A stretch of 64,000 nt of DNA from Verrucomicrobiaceae bacterium (GTDB lineage: Bacteria > Verrucomicrobiota > Verrucomicrobiia > Chthoniobacterales > JAATET01): positions 702 to 64,701 of the forward strand of contig JAIYAZ010000003.1 in the NCBI GenBank assembly GCA_027488755.1, written 5' to 3'. This document shows positions 8,973 to 17,766 of the stretch, in pieces (position 1 is the stretch's first letter; every line of letters starts with the position of its first letter). A program made the position numbers and the translations under genes. Below the pieces are notes generated by a model. The model saw nothing but the letters and a program-made list of their open reading frames with translations, made no database searches and was not told the DNA's origin.

Positions 8973-11900
8973 CGCGTTCCAGGTGCTGGCGGTGGCCACG
9001 CTGGAGAACGCGGAATCACCGGCGGCGTTCGTGGCGCGGATCCGGTAGAAATACGGCGTGCCGGGAGTGAGACCCACGTTGTTCGCGGTGGTGGCGTTGG
9101 CGGCGGGGGTGGCGATTTGGAGCCAGCCGGTGGTGCCGTTCGGGCTGCGCTCCAGTTTGAAGCTGGTCTCGTTGGCGGAGTTGTCCGTCCACGACAAGTT
9201 GATCTGCGTGTCGGAAACGGCGGTGGCGGTGAGCGCGGTCGGGGCGGCGGGCGCGACCAGCGGTGTGACGACGAGGAAGGGCGGCTGGTAGTCGGGTTGA
9301 TTCGAGGCGTGGAGAATGACCTCGGTGGTCTGACGGCCGGAGGCAACCACCACGAAGGAGGCCACTTGATCCGCGCCCACCTCGGTCGTCAGGAAATTCG
9401 CGAGGGCGGCGGAATCGAACGTGACGAGATCCCCGGTGCGGGCTCCGGCGGGCACGGTCGTCGAGGCCAGATAAACGACGTTGGCGGGGAGGACGCCGTT
9501 GCCGGTGGAGTCATGGCCGGGAGCGGAATTCCAGGTCACCGACGCCTTGCTCCAGGTGTCGCCGCCATCCTTCAAGCCGTAGAGGTGCAGGACGGTCGCG
9601 GCGGCGGGCAGCGCGCCCGTTGGCGAGGTCCCGTGGTAGGCAAACCCGAGCCGGGCGGTTGCGATCGCCGCCGGCAGACTGGCGAGGTCGAATTTCAAGA
9701 TCGTCTTGGCGCGGCTGTCGGCGGCGGGATCGGCATCGACGCGCAGAAGGGCATTGGTCCACGCCGGAAGGAGCGGGGTGGTGGCATTGCCGAAGGCCGT
9801 GGCAGCGTTGACGCCACCGCGCAGGGCGGCGTCGGCCCCACTGAGCTGATTGACGAAGCGGGCGTCGTCGGTGCGGCCCAGCGCGGCCATGAGGCCGGCA
9901 TGCCACGAGCGGGCGAGCTTTTGGTGGCCAAGGCTGGTGGGATGCACGAGGTCGCCGCTGATGTCCGCCGTGGCGAGGGCGGCGTAATTGTCCACGAGGA
10001 AGAATAGTCCGGGGTTCGCGGCGGAGTATTGGTCGTAGAGGGCCTGCACGACCTGGGTGTTGAAGGGCACAATGCGATTCGCGTTGTTCGGTGCATTCGC
10101 GCCGCTCACCGGGGCGATTTTTGCCATGACCACTTTCACGGTCGGGCTGGTGGAGAGGATATTGTTCAGCAGGGTGGTGTAGCGGGATTTCCAGCCGTCA
10201 ATTTCCGTTTGCGTCGCGGCAAGGGAGGGATTTTGCGCGTAGCTCACATCGTTGGTGCCGATCATCAGCAGGATCACATCCGGCGTGGAGGCGGTAAGCC
10301 ACGAGGCGATGTTGTCGCGGATGTAGGAAATCTGCATGCCGCTGTAGCCCGCATTGTCGGGGAAGAGGAGCGGTCGGTCGGCGGGGGAGGAAATGTCACT
10401 GCCATCGGTGGAAAGGCGGAAGGCGGCGATGGAGCCATCGAAACGCGGACCGACGGCGCGGAAGTCGAGGCCCGAGGCGAGGAGAAGGTTGTGCAGGTAG
10501 TAGCGGGAACCGGCATTCGAGAACGTGTTGCTGCCGACGCCGCCCGCGGAGCCGCGCGTGATGGAATCGCCGACGTGCATGATCTTGACCGGCACGGAGG
10601 CGGAGGCCCGGAGCGTGATGTGCAGATAGGGATAGCGGTAGGTGCCGCCATTTTCCTTACTGCCAAAGCTGGAGGCCTGGGAGGGCATCGACCCGGTGGC
10701 GAAAACGCGGAGGCCGAGTTGCTTGGCGGCATCGTTGGCGAGCGTGTCTGTCACCATTGCGGTGACGTCGAGCGTGCGCGGAATGCCCGCGGAGACCGGG
10801 CCGGCGAACGTGACGGCATTGGTTGGGGTCGAGCCGGGTTTGTTGTTCCAAGTCAGGCCGGTTTCGGTCCAGCCGTCGGCGGCATCGAGGATCTGCTGAA
10901 CGTTGAACGTGGGTGTCTGGCTATCGCCGCCAGTAGGCCAGAAAACAAGCTGGGCGCGTTCGACGGTGCCAGCAAGGCCTGCGAGGTCGTATTTGAGGAA
11001 AGCCTCGCGGATGTTTCCCTCGCTGCGAACGAGGAGGTCGCTGGTGGAGTAATTATTGGAGGGATTGCTGGCTTCAGCGTGTGCATCAGCGACGGGCGCG
11101 AGGGTCACGAGCCGGGCCGGGAGCGCGGTGGCGCTGGCGGTGGCGGGCGCACCGGGGGCGAGCGGATCGGTGTTGGCGGTGCGTTCTTCGCCGTTGGTCA
11201 CGCCGTCGCCATCCGGGTCGGCGGATTCGGCGACATTGCCGGAATTGACGATGGTGCCGAACCAGAGGTTGCGCCAAATTTCCGCCGTGCTCCAAGTGGT
11301 GGCCGTGGCCGGGCCGGAGTTGGCGGAATCACCGCCGGAACTGGTGGCGCGGAGACGATAGAAGTAGGGCGTTCCGAGGGTCAGGCCGGTGTCGCTGTAG
11401 CTGGTGGCGTTGGCCGCGGGCGTGGCGATCTGGGTCCAGCCGTTGGTGCCGTCGGGACTGCGCTCGAGTTTGAATCCGGATTCGTCGGACGCGTTGTCGG
11501 TCCAGGTGAGGTTGATCTGCGAGGCGGATACCGCGGAGGCGGAGAGGGCCGTCGGGGCGCTCGGAGGCGGGACTTGGAGTTCGGTGAAGGGCGTGACGGA
11601 ATCAAGCGTGGGGCCGAGGCGGATTTCGTCAAAGGTCATGGCGTTGGCCACGGCGGCGCGGGTTTGGAAATTGCTGAATCCCGGGAAGGTGACGCCGGAG
11701 ACAACGGCGTTCGGCGTGCCGAGGGCCTGCCCGAGGGGGGGATTCACCCAGAGGTTGATCGTGGTGGTGCTGGCTCCGAAGTCGTAGCGAATCACGAAGA
11801 GCGTGGGAGTGTTAAGCGCGAGTGTGGCCCCGGTGGCCGGGGTGCCATTGAGGCTCCAACCCGTGGCGGTGTTGCTAAGGTAGAAGTTCGCCGATCCACC

Positions 11901-14402
11901 GTAGCGCAGGCTCAGGCGGAAGGCGTCGGCGGTGGCGGAGCTTGTTTGGCCGACAAAACTCATGAAGAGGCTGGTTCCGGGAACGCCGAAATTGCCGGTC
12001 GTCGAGTTACCGACGCGTTGGGTGAGCCACGGGTCGGTGGTCATGTTGCGATAGACAATCGGGGTCGTGGCCCCCCAATCGGCGTTGTTGACCACGGCTG
12101 CGCCGCCGGTGCTGACAAGGGTCTTGCTGCCTTGCGAATAGATGAGGCCAACACCGACATCCGTGGTGGTGCCCCAGGATGAGCGCAATCCCGTGCTGGT
12201 GCCGGAGGGGTTGCCGCCGACGTTGGTGGCGGGCAGGCCGTTGCCACCGTTCAGACCGGCGTCGGGGTCGGCGTTGTTGGCGCCGACCGCGTAGGCAAAA
12301 GGTTCATAGAGAATCGAAGAGACGGCGGGATAAATCTGAAGGGTGACGGCCACAACGGGGGAGGTTCCCAGCCCATTCGTGGCCGTGACGTTCAAGCTAT
12401 AAGTGCCGAGTTGGGTCGGTGTCCCGCTGATCAATCCTGTCGTGGAGTTCAGGGTGAGACCCGTTGGCAGAACTCCACCGGCGATCGTGTAGGATGTGGG
12501 AGATTGGGAGGCTGCGATTTGGAATCCGGCGGCGACGTTCACCGGGCCACTGAAGAGTTGTCCGGCAGCGACCACGGGCGAGGTCGGGACGAGGGAGGTG
12601 ACGATGAGGTTGAGGTTGTTGCCGACGACCTGGGCGGTGGCGCTCCAGCCCGAGGGTAGGCTGAGCGTGGGCAGACTCCCCGTGATGCCGCCCGCAGCGG
12701 TGACGAGCGTGTAAGTGCCGGCGGTGGCACCCGCCGTGGCGGTGACGGTGAGCGTGCTGGTCGTGCCGAGGGCGAGTGCGCCGGAGATGTCGAGTTTGTC
12801 GTGGGAACCGGGTGCGGTGGTGAGATGGGCGGAAAGGCCGCTGGTGTTTTGGAACGTGACCGCGCCGGTGATGGTGCCGTTGCCGCCGAGTCGGGCGGTG
12901 TTGGCGAGAGTGACGGCAGCCGTGCCCGTGGCGGAGCCCGTCGGGTTGGTGGCGAGCAGGGTGCCGCCCGTCACCACGGTGCCGCCGGAGTAGGTGTTGG
13001 CACTGGTGAGGTTCACGGTGCCGCGTTGCACAAAGAGCTTGCCCGTGGTGAGGGCCAGTTGGCCGGAGGCCGGGGTCCAGGTGCCGGGGTTATCCCAGGC
13101 GACGCTGCCGGTCCCGGTGAAGTTGCCCGTGAGCGTGATGGCTTGTTCGCCGCTAAGGACGACGAGGAATCCGGCGGTGGCGATGTTACCGCCGAGCGAA
13201 ATCGGGCCGTTGGCCGCCTCCCAGTTCTGGGAGCCGCCGAGCGTGATGGCGTTGTTGATCGTGAGCGTATCGGCGTCTTCGTTGCGAAGACCGCTTTCAT
13301 GGAGGGTCAGGGTCGAGCCGGTCAACGTGAAGGGATTCGTGCCCGCGGCGGCTTTCACGCGGATGCCTCGCACCGTGGCGGGAGCGGCGAGATTGATCGA
13401 ACGGTTGGACGTTTCGGCCGCAGCAAAGACAGCGGAAACCGTGGCCGAGGGCAGGCCGGAGCCACCCAACCAATTGCCGAGCGTGCCAAAGGTGCCGTTG
13501 ATGTTGCCGTTCCAGTTCTTGGCTTTGCTGGAATCAATCGTCCAGCGCAGCGCGTAGCCGTCGGCGGAAAGATAGGCATTCACGCCGGGGTAGATGCCGG
13601 GCAGCATCCAATTCGAATCCATCAGGTTGGCAAACCAGTGACAGCCGGCAAAGTGCAATTGACCTTCGTAAACAATGAAGGACGGGCTGCCCGAGTCCCC
13701 GGTGACGTAGGCCGTGGCGTAATTCGTCGCGACGGAGGTTGTGTCAAAACGAATCGTTTCGCTCCCGGTGATTTCCACCGCTGTCACGGTGCTCAATCCG
13801 ATCCTGCGCTGGTAGTTGCTGCCCGATCCATCGTGGCCGAGGAGCACGGCCGGGTAACCGATGATATTGGTGGTCTCACCCACATCCAGCAGGCGATAAA
13901 CCCTGACCTGATCAGACGGGGTGAAGCCCGTATCGAGCCGGACGACGCGCACTTCGGGAAAGGGTCCGCCGTTAAAGGTGATGTCCGCCTTGTTGAGCGT
14001 CGGCCCCATGCTCCGGGACACGAGCGTGTTGGTCGCATTCGCAAAGGTGTAGCTTTGGTTGTTGTAAGAAAACCCCACATGCTTGCCCGCCGCAAAATGC
14101 ATCGGACTGACCAACGTGACGCTCAGGTCTTTGTAACTCGTGCTCGAACTTTGCCAGCCGACACCGCTGAAATCGTAGGTCAGCCCGACAAAGGCGGCAT
14201 TGGTGTTCGGTGTAAACGGACCGGTGAGCGGATCGGTCGGGGTGGCCGTCCAGCGATTGTTGGCGGTGGCGGTAAAGCCATTGATTGTAATGGCCTCGAC
14301 CGGCGGGATCAGCAACGCCGCAAGGCAAAGCCCCGAAAAGCTGATAAAAACGCGGCCCAACGTCGTAAGTCGGCAGGCTGGAATGGAAAAAAGATTGCGC
14401 AT
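8541..14402 (-). CDS. Giant secreted multidomain protein: chymotrypsin-fold-like N-domain, autotransporter-associated beta-strand repeats, Ig/LamG, FN3 x2, DNRLRE-type sandwiches flanking an SGNH esterase, conserved C-terminal module
   Basis: ORF 8541..14462. I prefer Met21 at 14402 (MRNLFSIPACRLTTLGRVFISFSGLCLAALLIPPVEA looks like a signal peptide). GDSGSP at 13683-13700. NTYSGGTVVTGGTLL-type beta-strand repeats. FN3 motifs PYFYRLRA and PYFYRIRA. DPDGDGVTNGEE motif. SGNH blocks HVGDSIT (~10560), GTNDV and DLVHPTSLGH (~9930). Confidence 0.85.
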   Translation of the reverse strand: MRNLFSIPACRLTTLGRVFISFSGLCLAALLIPPVEAITINGFTATANNRWTATPTDPLTGPFTPNTNAAFVGLTYDFSGVGWQSSSTSYKDLSVTLVSPMHFAAGKHVGFSYNNQSYTFANATNTLVSRSMGPTLNKADITFNGGPFPEVRVVRLDTGFTPSDQVRVYRLLDVGETTNIIGYPAVLLGHDGSGSNYQRRIGLSTVTAVEITGSETIRFDTTSVATNYATAYVTGDSGSPSFIVYEGQLHFAGCHWFANLMDSNWMLPGIYPGVNAYLSADGYALRWTIDSSKAKNWNGNINGTFGTLGNWLGGSGLPSATVSAVFAAAETSNRSINLAAPATVRGIRVKAAAGTNPFTLTGSTLTLHESGLRNEDADTLTINNAITLGGSQNWEAANGPISLGGNIATAGFLVVLSGEQAITLTGNFTGTGSVAWDNPGTWTPASGQLALTTGKLFVQRGTVNLTSANTYSGGTVVTGGTLLATNPTGSATGTAAVTLANTARLGGNGTITGAVTFQNTSGLSAHLTTAPGSHDKLDISGALALGTTSTLTVTATAGATAGTYTLVTAAGGITGSLPTLSLPSGWSATAQVVGNNLNLIVTSLVPTSPVVAAGQLFSGPVNVAAGFQIAASQSPTSYTIAGGVLPTGLTLNSTTGLISGTPTQLGTYSLNVTATNGLGTSPVVAVTLQIYPAVSSILYEPFAYAVGANNADPDAGLNGGNGLPATNVGGNPSGTSTGLRSSWGTTTDVGVGLIYSQGSKTLVSTGGAAVVNNADWGATTPIVYRNMTTDPWLTQRVGNSTTGNFGVPGTSLFMSFVGQTSSATADAFRLSLRYGGSANFYLSNTATGWSLNGTPATGATLALNTPTLFVIRYDFGASTTTINLWVNPPLGQALGTPNAVVSGVTFPGFSNFQTRAAVANAMTFDEIRLGPTLDSVTPFTELQVPPPSAPTALSASAVSASQINLTWTDNASDESGFKLERSPDGTNGWTQIATPAANATSYSDTGLTLGTPYFYRLRATSSGGDSANSGPATATTWSTAEIWRNLWFGTIVNSGNVAESADPDGDGVTNGEERTANTDPLAPGAPATASATALPARLVTLAPVADAHAEASNPSNNYSTSDLLVRSEGNIREAFLKYDLAGLAGTVERAQLVFWPTGGDSQTPTFNVQQILDAADGWTETGLTWNNKPGSTPTNAVTFAGPVSAGIPRTLDVTAMVTDTLANDAAKQLGLRVFATGSMPSQASSFGSKENGGTYRYPYLHITLRASASVPVKIMHVGDSITRGSAGGVGSNTFSNAGSRYYLHNLLLASGLDFRAVGPRFDGSIAAFRLSTDGSDISSPADRPLLFPDNAGYSGMQISYIRDNIASWLTASTPDVILLMIGTNDVSYAQNPSLAATQTEIDGWKSRYTTLLNNILSTSPTVKVVMAKIAPVSGANAPNNANRIVPFNTQVVQALYDQYSAANPGLFFLVDNYAALATADISGDLVHPTSLGHQKLARSWHAGLMAALGRTDDARFVNQLSGADAALRGGVNAATAFGNATTPLLPAWTNALLRVDADPAADSRAKTILKFDLASLPAAIATARLGFAYHGTSPTGALPAAATVLHLYGLKDGGDTWSKASVTWNSAPGHDSTGNGVLPANVVYLASTTVPAGARTGDLVTFDSAALANFLTTEVGADQVASFVVVASGRQTTEVILHASNQPDYQPPFLVVTPLVAPAAPTALTATAVSDTQINLSWTDNSANETSFKLERSPNGTTGWLQIATPAANATTANNVGLTPGTPYFYRIRATNAAGDSAFSSVATASTWNALQGFRTANGLAADGSQDLLTPAGDGVANLFKYAFNLLGNGPGQAATLATPNAALLAPDGSVGLPLLGVNGFGQLQITYIRRKPSGGPGVTYTVEFSDALASWAGNPSATESATSIDASFERVTVTDSVASPTKRFARVKVTAN

Positions 14403-14503
14403 TGCGCAGGGAGGAAAAATCCGAGGGGTGGCCACGCGGTGGATCCGAACGTGCCCAGTCAAAGATCATTGGTCAGACCGGAAAATTATAAAGCGAAGGA
14501 CTG

Positions 14504-14517
14504 GTAAACGCGTTCTA
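14504..14517. promoter_or_regulatory. LacI/GalR-type operator candidate (GTAAACGCGTTTAC family)
   Basis: gtaaacgcgttcta in the divergent intergenic region between the giant-protein operon (start 14402) and the GH94 gene (14647). Confidence 0.5.
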
Positions 14518-14646
14518 TCCCACGATGATTCTCGGGCCCGCTTGTCCCAACCAACTCACCGCGCCAGAGCGCGCACAAACCTGTTTGACTCCGGTGGAAT
14601 TGCCCGGTCGATTCCTTTTGCCCGAAGGGTGACGGTTTTCTGTCCG

Positions 14647-17058
14647 ATGTCCTCTCCCCTGCCCTACCGATTCGACGATCCCCGTGGCGTCGTCACCATC
14701 ACCGATCCGCGACTGCCGCAGCCCTGGATCAATTACCTCTCCAACGGCACCCTCCATGCCTTCGTTTCGCAAGTCGGCGGCGGCATGGCGTGGTGGAAGT
14801 CGCCGCTGAAAAACCGCCTTACGCGCTACCGGCAATACAATCTCCCCATCGACAGTCCCGGTTTCTACGTTTACCTCCGCGGATCCGACGGCGTCGCCTG
14901 GTCCCCAACCTGGCGCCCCGTGGAAACCCCGCTCGACGCCTGGCGCGCCGAACACCAGCCCGGCCTCACCCGCTTTATCTCCCGCCGGGGCGACATCGAG
15001 GCCACCCTTGAGTTCTTCATCGCCCCGGGAACCAATGCCCTCATCTGGGATCTCTCCCTCGTAAACACCGGCGCGCATGCGGTCGGGCTCGATGTTTTCG
15101 GTTACGTCGAATTCTGTCTGCTCGACTGGAAACAGGACACCGACTGGGCCTGCTACGTTAAACACAACCTCCAAACCGACTTCGACCCCGCGGCCAACGC
15201 CGTCACCTACCTCTACCGGCACTTTCATTTTAACCCCCGCCTCGCCGACTGCCCGCTGGTTTATTTCGGTGCCTCCGAGCCCGTTTGCACGTTTGACGCC
15301 GACCGCGACGCCTTCATGGGGCCCTACCGCGACGAACGCAATCCCCTCGCCGTGGAACAAAACGCCGCCACGGGCTCCCGCACCCTCTGCGGCGACCCCT
15401 GCGGTGCCCTGCAAGTCCGCACGCAGATCCCGGCCGGCGGCACCCACCGGCTGCAATTCTTTCTTGGCGGCGAACCCCAGGCCATTGTCGCCTGGCCGCG
15501 AGCCCTCGAGGCCGCCCGCGCTTCGATGCACGCCCTCCGACGCGCCGGCGAGGTCGATCGTCTCAAGGCCAGTCTCTCCGCCTGGTGGCGGAACCATCTC
15601 GCCGTGTTTCACGCGGACTTGCCCGACCCCGACATCGCGCGGCAGATCAACCTTTGGAGTCCCGTGCAAAGCGTTCACACCGGGCGCTACTCCCGCTCCG
15701 TCAGCCAGCACGCCGCCGGGGTGCGCACCCTCGGTTTCCGCGACACCTGCCAGGACATGCTTGCCATCGCCTACCGCCAGCCGGATTGGGCCACCGAGAC
15801 CTTCCGCTACCTCGTCTCGCAGCAATACGAGGACGGCCACGTCCCGCACCAGTGCAACCCCGTCGAACAACTGCCCGCCGAGGCGAAAATCCACATCGAC
15901 AACCCCCTCTGGCTGCCCATGGTTGCCCACGCGATTCTTTGCGAAACGGGCAACCTCCCCCTCCTCGACGAACCCATCCCCTGGTTGAGCGAAACCGACA
16001 GCCTCAGCCCCGTGGGCTCGGCCTCCATCTGGACGCACCTCCTGCGCATCCCGGATTTCCTCGAGGCCAACCTTGGCGACCACGGCCTTCCCCTCACCCA
16101 CAAGGGCGACTGGAACGACTCCATCGGCAAGTTCTCGAAAAAAGGCCGGGGCGAGTCCCTCATGGCCGCCCAGCAATACGTCCACATCCTGCGCCTGCTC
16201 GCCGGACTGGCCCGCGCCCGCGGCGAGAACGCCACCGCCGATAGGCTCGATGGCCTCCGTGACAAACAAGCTGCCGCCATCCTCGCCTGCGGGTGGGACG
16301 GTGCCTGGTGGCGGCGCGCCTTTGACGACGACGGCCAACCCGTCGGCACCGCCACCGCCGAGTTCGGGAAAATCTGGCTCAACACCCAAAGCTGGGCCAT
16401 CATCGCCGGCGTCGGCTCTTCCGAACAAAACCGCCAGGCCATGGACTCCGTCGCCTCCCTCCTCGACACCGGGCTCTGCGGCATCCAAAAGCTCCACCCC
16501 AGCTACCAATCCTTCCCCGCGGTGCAGGATCCCTACAGCGGCTACTCCCCCGGCTGCGGCGAAAACGGCGCCATCTTCTGCCACGCGAACACCTGGGCCA
16601 TCATCGCCGAAGCCCTCCTCGACCGCCCCGAAAAAGCCTGGCACTACTACCGCCAGCTCGTCCCCCACCTCGCCCTGCAAGCCGTCGGCCTCGACCGCTA
16701 CAAGGCCGAGCCCTACGCCTTCGTCAGCAACATCATCGGCCCCGAAAATCCCAAATACGGCTGGGCCAACGTCACCCAGGTCACCGGCACCGCGACGTGG
16801 ATGGATATCGCCGCCACCCAATACCTCCTCGGCCTGCGCCCCGAACTCGACGGTCTGCGCATCAGCCCCTGCCTGCCCGCCGACTGGCCCGGATTCCGCG
16901 CGAGCCGCCGTTTTCGCGGCACCGAGCTACAGATCGAGGTGAATCGGGGGGACGCGACCACGCTCACCCTCGACGGCACGCCGCTTGAAGGCTCGCTCGT
17001 TCCCGCGTCCGCCCTCGTAGGAAAAACCTCCGCCACCGTCTGCCTCACGCTCGGATAA
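14647..17058 (+). CDS. GH94 family glycan phosphorylase (cellobiose/chitobiose phosphorylase-like)
   Basis: From the ATG at 14647: MSSPLPYRFDDPRGVVTITDPRLPQPWINYLSNGTLHAFVSQVGGGMAWWKSPLKNRLTRYRQYNLPIDSPGFYVYLR, colinear with the cellobiose phosphorylase N-terminus (PWINYLG...RLTRYRYNN). 803 aa is the typical GH94 length. The upstream part of ORF 14200.. overlaps the divergent gene and is rejected. Confidence 0.85.
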   Translation: MSSPLPYRFDDPRGVVTITDPRLPQPWINYLSNGTLHAFVSQVGGGMAWWKSPLKNRLTRYRQYNLPIDSPGFYVYLRGSDGVAWSPTWRPVETPLDAWRAEHQPGLTRFISRRGDIEATLEFFIAPGTNALIWDLSLVNTGAHAVGLDVFGYVEFCLLDWKQDTDWACYVKHNLQTDFDPAANAVTYLYRHFHFNPRLADCPLVYFGASEPVCTFDADRDAFMGPYRDERNPLAVEQNAATGSRTLCGDPCGALQVRTQIPAGGTHRLQFFLGGEPQAIVAWPRALEAARASMHALRRAGEVDRLKASLSAWWRNHLAVFHADLPDPDIARQINLWSPVQSVHTGRYSRSVSQHAAGVRTLGFRDTCQDMLAIAYRQPDWATETFRYLVSQQYEDGHVPHQCNPVEQLPAEAKIHIDNPLWLPMVAHAILCETGNLPLLDEPIPWLSETDSLSPVGSASIWTHLLRIPDFLEANLGDHGLPLTHKGDWNDSIGKFSKKGRGESLMAAQQYVHILRLLAGLARARGENATADRLDGLRDKQAAAILACGWDGAWWRRAFDDDGQPVGTATAEFGKIWLNTQSWAIIAGVGSSEQNRQAMDSVASLLDTGLCGIQKLHPSYQSFPAVQDPYSGYSPGCGENGAIFCHANTWAIIAEALLDRPEKAWHYYRQLVPHLALQAVGLDRYKAEPYAFVSNIIGPENPKYGWANVTQVTGTATWMDIAATQYLLGLRPELDGLRISPCLPADWPGFRASRRFRGTELQIEVNRGDATTLTLDGTPLEGSLVPASALVGKTSATVCLTLG

Positions 17059-17090
17059 ACGCCCGACCGACTCCCCACCCCAATGCCGGC

Positions 17091-17744
17091 ATGAATCTCC
17101 CCCCCCGCTCCAAGCTCCTCTTCATCGGCGACTCCATCACCGACTGCGGTCGTGGGACCTCCGGGGAAGCCGCTCCCTGGGAACCGAACTTTGGTCTCGG
17201 CCAAGGCTTCGTTTCGATGATCCATGGGTGGCTCGGGGCCGCCCACCCGGAGGCCGCCCTCCGAATAGTCAACAAGGGAACCTCCGGTCACACCGTCCGC
17301 GACCTCGCCGGCCGCTGGGAAACCGACGTGATCGCGGAGAAACCCGAAACCCTCTGCATCATGATCGGCATCAACGATGTCTGGCGGCAGTTCGATTCCC
17401 CGCACCGCCCGGAAATCCGCGTGGCCCCGGAGGAATTCCGCGCCACCCTCGCGAATCTCGTCGCCTCCGCGAAACCTCACGTCGGGGCAATGCATCTCGC
17501 GTCCCCGTATTTCATCGAACCAAACAAGCAGGACGCCATGCGCGCCCGCATGGATGAATTCGGAGCCATCGTCCGCGAAACCGCCGCAAAACACGGCGCG
17601 GCCTTCATCGACACCCAGGCCGCCTTCGACCGGGTGCTCACCCACGTCCACCCGGCATCCCTTGCCTGGGACCGCATCCACCCCGGCCCCACCGGCCACA
17701 TGATCATCGCCCGCGCGTTCCTCGAATCCTTCGGTTGCCTCTGA
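17091..17744 (+). CDS. SGNH/GDSL family hydrolase (probable acetyl-esterase), cytoplasmic
   Basis: 217 aa. Block I LLFIGDSITD, block II GTSGHT, block III IGINDV, block V DRIHPGPTGH. No signal peptide. Confidence 0.85.
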   Translation: MNLPPRSKLLFIGDSITDCGRGTSGEAAPWEPNFGLGQGFVSMIHGWLGAAHPEAALRIVNKGTSGHTVRDLAGRWETDVIAEKPETLCIMIGINDVWRQFDSPHRPEIRVAPEEFRATLANLVASAKPHVGAMHLASPYFIEPNKQDAMRARMDEFGAIVRETAAKHGAAFIDTQAAFDRVLTHVHPASLAWDRIHPGPTGHMIIARAFLESFGCL

Positions 17745-17766
17745 TTAAAAATTTCACCACCCCGCC

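Noticed and set aside
7033-14507. Plus-strand ORFs 7033..8544 (503 aa), 10029..12182 (717 aa) and 12801..14507 (568 aa)
   Set aside because: All are antisense to the two giant minus-strand genes. They are G/R/A-rich without motifs, whereas the minus-strand frames carry FN3, SGNH, GxSxG and signal-peptide features.
14200-14646. N-terminal extension of the GH94 ORF (likewise 54301..54804 for araA, 62200..62532 for GH130 and 52519..52638 for the BNR gene)
   Set aside because: The extensions overlap neighbouring genes or operator-containing intergenic DNA and have no homology-like sequence. Internal Met codons give N-termini colinear with the known families or a proper signal peptide.
14515-16821. 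768-aa minus-strand ORF
   Set aside because: Antisense to the GH94 phosphorylase, whose frame matches cellobiose phosphorylase motifs.
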